This document shows positions 61,301 to 64,000 of a DNA stretch of 64,000 nt, one piece after another (position 1 is the stretch's first letter; each line of letters begins with the position of its first letter). The position numbers and the translations under genes are program-made. The stretch spans positions 14,778,101 through 14,842,100 of the forward strand of contig NC_092677.1 of the NCBI RefSeq assembly GCF_964355755.1, read 5' to 3'. A model generated the notes under the pieces. The model saw only the letters and a program-made list of their open reading frames with translations. It did not search any database and was not told the DNA's origin. Origin of the DNA: Antedon mediterranea (lineage: Eukaryota > Animalia > Echinodermata).

Positions 61301-63756
61301 AACGTTGCTCTCTAAAATACGAGATACATCGATCTGTTTTTTTTTTCATGCGTTTGATTTAAATTGTTTTTATGCAAATAATTACAATGACTGATAGTGT
61401 TCATAACAGTGGCGGTAATAAAGGTAAAAAAGATCGGAGGTAATAATGAGGTTAAAAAATTAAAAATTTCAAGTAGGAGCAATCGCATATACATTAACTT
61501 AAAACGTTTAACAAAATTGATAACGTTGTTTAATTGTACATAGTCTTATAGTATTACATTACATAACATGACGACGTGAATTAATAATATGGATGGCATT
61601 TGCAACACAGCATATTTTATACAATCGATTGCTTTCTTCTTATTTTGCCGTATCAGCATTAAAGCATCAAAATATTATATTTTATTATAATATAGTCTTA
61701 TTTCTTCCTTTTTTTTTAAATGATACGATTTTTCCGGGTCTGCCTTTGTACGCATGTCCAAACAATAGGAAATTACTATTTGTAGTTGTTTGTTGTTTAA
61801 CATTATTTAATCATCTCCAAGAAAGAACAATTGTCGGCTCTATTTCATTATTAAATTAAAGAACTGGAGGAAGGAAGTGATTCCGCATGTGTCGCAAACA
61901 AAAATCTGCAAATCACGTTCGGTACCGGTATGTACCACGTACAGGTATCGCAGAAGGTAATACAGTAGGCCTACTACTCCAATTAGGAAACCGTAGTCCT
62001 ACCTAGGTATAGACCAGTAGAATTTCAACTAAAGCTATACAAAATATTTGAGGAATGCTTTTAAAAACGTAGACCTTAACTGTGACGTATATTGAAACAC
62101 AGACATGGAATGCATTTCAACTTGGAATTTTATGCGTCGACGGTTCAGTAGTTTACCTTCAGTACCTTCGTTTTTTTACACTAAAATCGTAAATTTAGTC
62201 GTATGCTTCTGTTTTAATGATTAAATTTCATACAATACGTACAGATTATTGTGTTATACTTAGGTTTTAATAATTTTCAGTTTTTGTTTATTTGGAAAAA
62301 GTTAGGTGACCTAGCCTTGCGTGATACAGACCACGCGAACCTAATTTGGCAATTTCACTTAATTTGGCGTTACACCTGCTGAGGTTTTATACACTCTTAT
62401 ACAAAAGAAAATTGGTTAGTAAAATTATTATGCAAATTAAGCTCCCTACTAAACTATTTTATTTCTACAGTGTGTCACATTGGTACTATGGACAGACTTC
62501 AAACAGGACGACCCAAATACATTATTCATAGGCCAACAATATTTCCTTTATTTATTTATTCTGTTTTTTTTAAAAAAGACATTGCAGTACAAAACTGAAT
62601 TGCGTCCAATAACATCAATAGAAAAATAGTAATATACAACCATGAAAATAATTATAAAAAAACGATACATACATAGAATCCAGCAAAACTGGACACAAAC
62701 ATCAACTATTAAAAATATAAAACTCATTAAAAAAAAATAAAGCATAACATTTACAAGGAAAATCAGGCCTTTTTCCATAGTAGATTTGGTCCCCAGTAGC
62801 ACCGGGAATAACAGTTACCGTATGCCTATGCCTATTAGCTAATACAACTGATTATAATGCAATTATATATTGGATTATAGAATATTGGCCTTTGATTTAT
62901 TTAAAAAAATACAACGTACGTGCGAGTATTTGTTTTTACGTGTATACTAGCCGAGCCTACTATACGCCTACAGGTACAGCAGACTTATAATACAAATTTA
63001 TAGATTATGTTTGACAAAAGTAAGGGTTGGTGATTCCTTGCTATCTATAAAAGTCATATCCATTAATGGAAATGACATTGAGTCCTCCTGTAATTTGAAC
63101 ATAAAATTCACGGAGCTTGGGTAATTCCACTTTTCTTGTAGTAGGCCTATTTGGTTCCTCTACTGTAATCGCATATAATCAGTTTATTGAAGGAATGTAC
63201 AATAATGTTTTATTAATCACCCAGCTGATTGAAATGATATTGAAATCAATCAAGTGTGCAGTATCATACGTCACTTGCTTACTGAGGTATATCAAATAAT
63301 GGGAGCGAAAAGGGACTTTTATCCCTTCCCATTTACGCGTGTTAAAATGTCTTAAAATCATGATTTTAAGATCTACATGAGATTTTAAAAAATGGGTATG
63401 ACCTTGAAAATAACAAAAAATAAAATGTGAACGTGGAGAAGGATGGTACAAATATAGATAGTCCGGTAGACCTACTAAACATGAATGAGGATTTGATAAT
63501 TATTGCACTATAGATACAATCAAGTGCGGTCACGCATATTGTTTCAAACACATTTTGGAAAGTAATTCTTCATACGTCGCCACATGCCTACCGACATCTT
63601 ATATATGTACAGTGATACCGGGTGTCTATAGCATGTCTTAAGTAGGATATTTCCATCACAGTAATTAATGAGATGTACTTTTACATTATGATAATTGTAA
63701 CACTGTAAACTTACCTCAGCCTTCTGCTTTTCTGAACCGGGTGGTGTCTCCGACAT
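49317..63756 (-). CDS. Paralogue B: tandem duplicate of the lectin-DUF4062-NACHT-TPR STAND gene
   Basis: Same exon series as A, e.g. 60874-60745, 60540-60472, large exon 60383-59130, malectin-like exons 58939-57584, FBA exons 57503-56371, DUF4062 ~55308-54175, Walker A exon ~53645-53319, TPR exons to TGA at 49317. A probable first coding exon 63756-63715 (MSETPPGSEKQKAE, then gtaagt, phase 0) joins in frame to 60874. No frameshift or stop noticed in the exons read. Confidence 0.9.
51801..51828. mobile_element. 28-bp hairpin insertion CAGGG...CCCTG with 7-bp TSD
   Basis: CAGGGAGTTGTT AATA AACAACTCCCTG flanked by ATTATAA on both sides. Confidence 0.65.
54898..54933. mobile_element. 36-bp hairpin insertion CAGGG...CCCTG with 7-bp TSD
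   Basis: CAGGGAAGAGTTAAATT GT AATTTAACTCTTCCCTG flanked by GTATGAT on both sides. Confidence 0.7.
55770..56072 (-). mobile_element. 5'-truncated 5S rRNA-derived SINE (SINE3-like)
   Basis: Minus strand GATGGGAGACCATCTGGGAATATCAGGTGCTGTA matches the 3' part of 5S rRNA (GATGGGAGACCGCCTGGGAATACCGGGTGCTGTA), followed by ~230 nt of unrelated body and an (AAAAT)n tail. Confidence 0.65.
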
Positions 63757-64000
63757 CTTCCTAGTTACCTGAAATACTACCAAACCTGTCTGAATAGATG
63801 GGCGTGTGCACTAGGCATACAATCTCTGCTAGACTTTCCCTATTATAATTTATTTAGTATAGATTGTGCATAGAGCGCTCGTATTAGACACGGTTGAGCT
63901 TGACTCGCTGAGCTAACTGTCAAAACAACCGGCTTGCTGTGCAGTTTTACTGTGTTCACCAGGTCTCCCACAAGGTCATTTCCTAATTGAATATCTTCAT

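Noticed and set aside
31828-63756. Calling the STAND genes TEP1, NPHP3 or TTC41, or treating the pair as a haplotype-duplication artefact
   Set aside because: No TROVE/WD40 (TEP1) and a different N-terminus from NPHP3, so orthology cannot be shown by eye. Introns are largely unalignable and the proteins have diverged, which indicates true paralogues.

Overview
AT-rich, intron-dense animal genomic DNA, probably an invertebrate deuterostome (inferred from a Deu/Nin-type SINE and vertebrate-like Robo motifs). (1) 7423-25075 (+): most of a Roundabout (Robo) receptor gene; the signal peptide and Ig1 lie upstream of the window. The ectodomain is non-canonical: Ig2-Ig4-Ig5 with no Ig3, then four FN3 domains, the second one duplicated. 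It has a TM helix, CC0/CC1/CC2 motifs, candidate micro-exons and a C-terminal PDZ-type motif. (2) 31828-47372 and 49317-63756 (-): two tandem, apparently intact paralogues of a ~1960-aa TEP1/NPHP3/NWD-type STAND NTPase (DUF4062-NACHT-winged helix-TPR). Their N-terminal halves carry three unknown beta-rich repeats, an Ig-like segment, a malectin-like domain and an FBA (Fbs1/FBXO2-type) N-glycan-binding domain. This looks like a candidate cytosolic glycan-sensing NLR-like pair. The copies differ at the putative sugar-binding YW motif and in an N-myristoylation signal. (3) A tRNA-Asp(ATC)-like cloverleaf in a Robo intron, several SINEs and MITEs, nested MULE-like elements with verifiable TSDs, ultra-short hairpin insertions, minisatellites, and a candidate + strand promoter/first exon near 30.3 kb. 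All domain calls come from motif recognition by eye; no searches were run.
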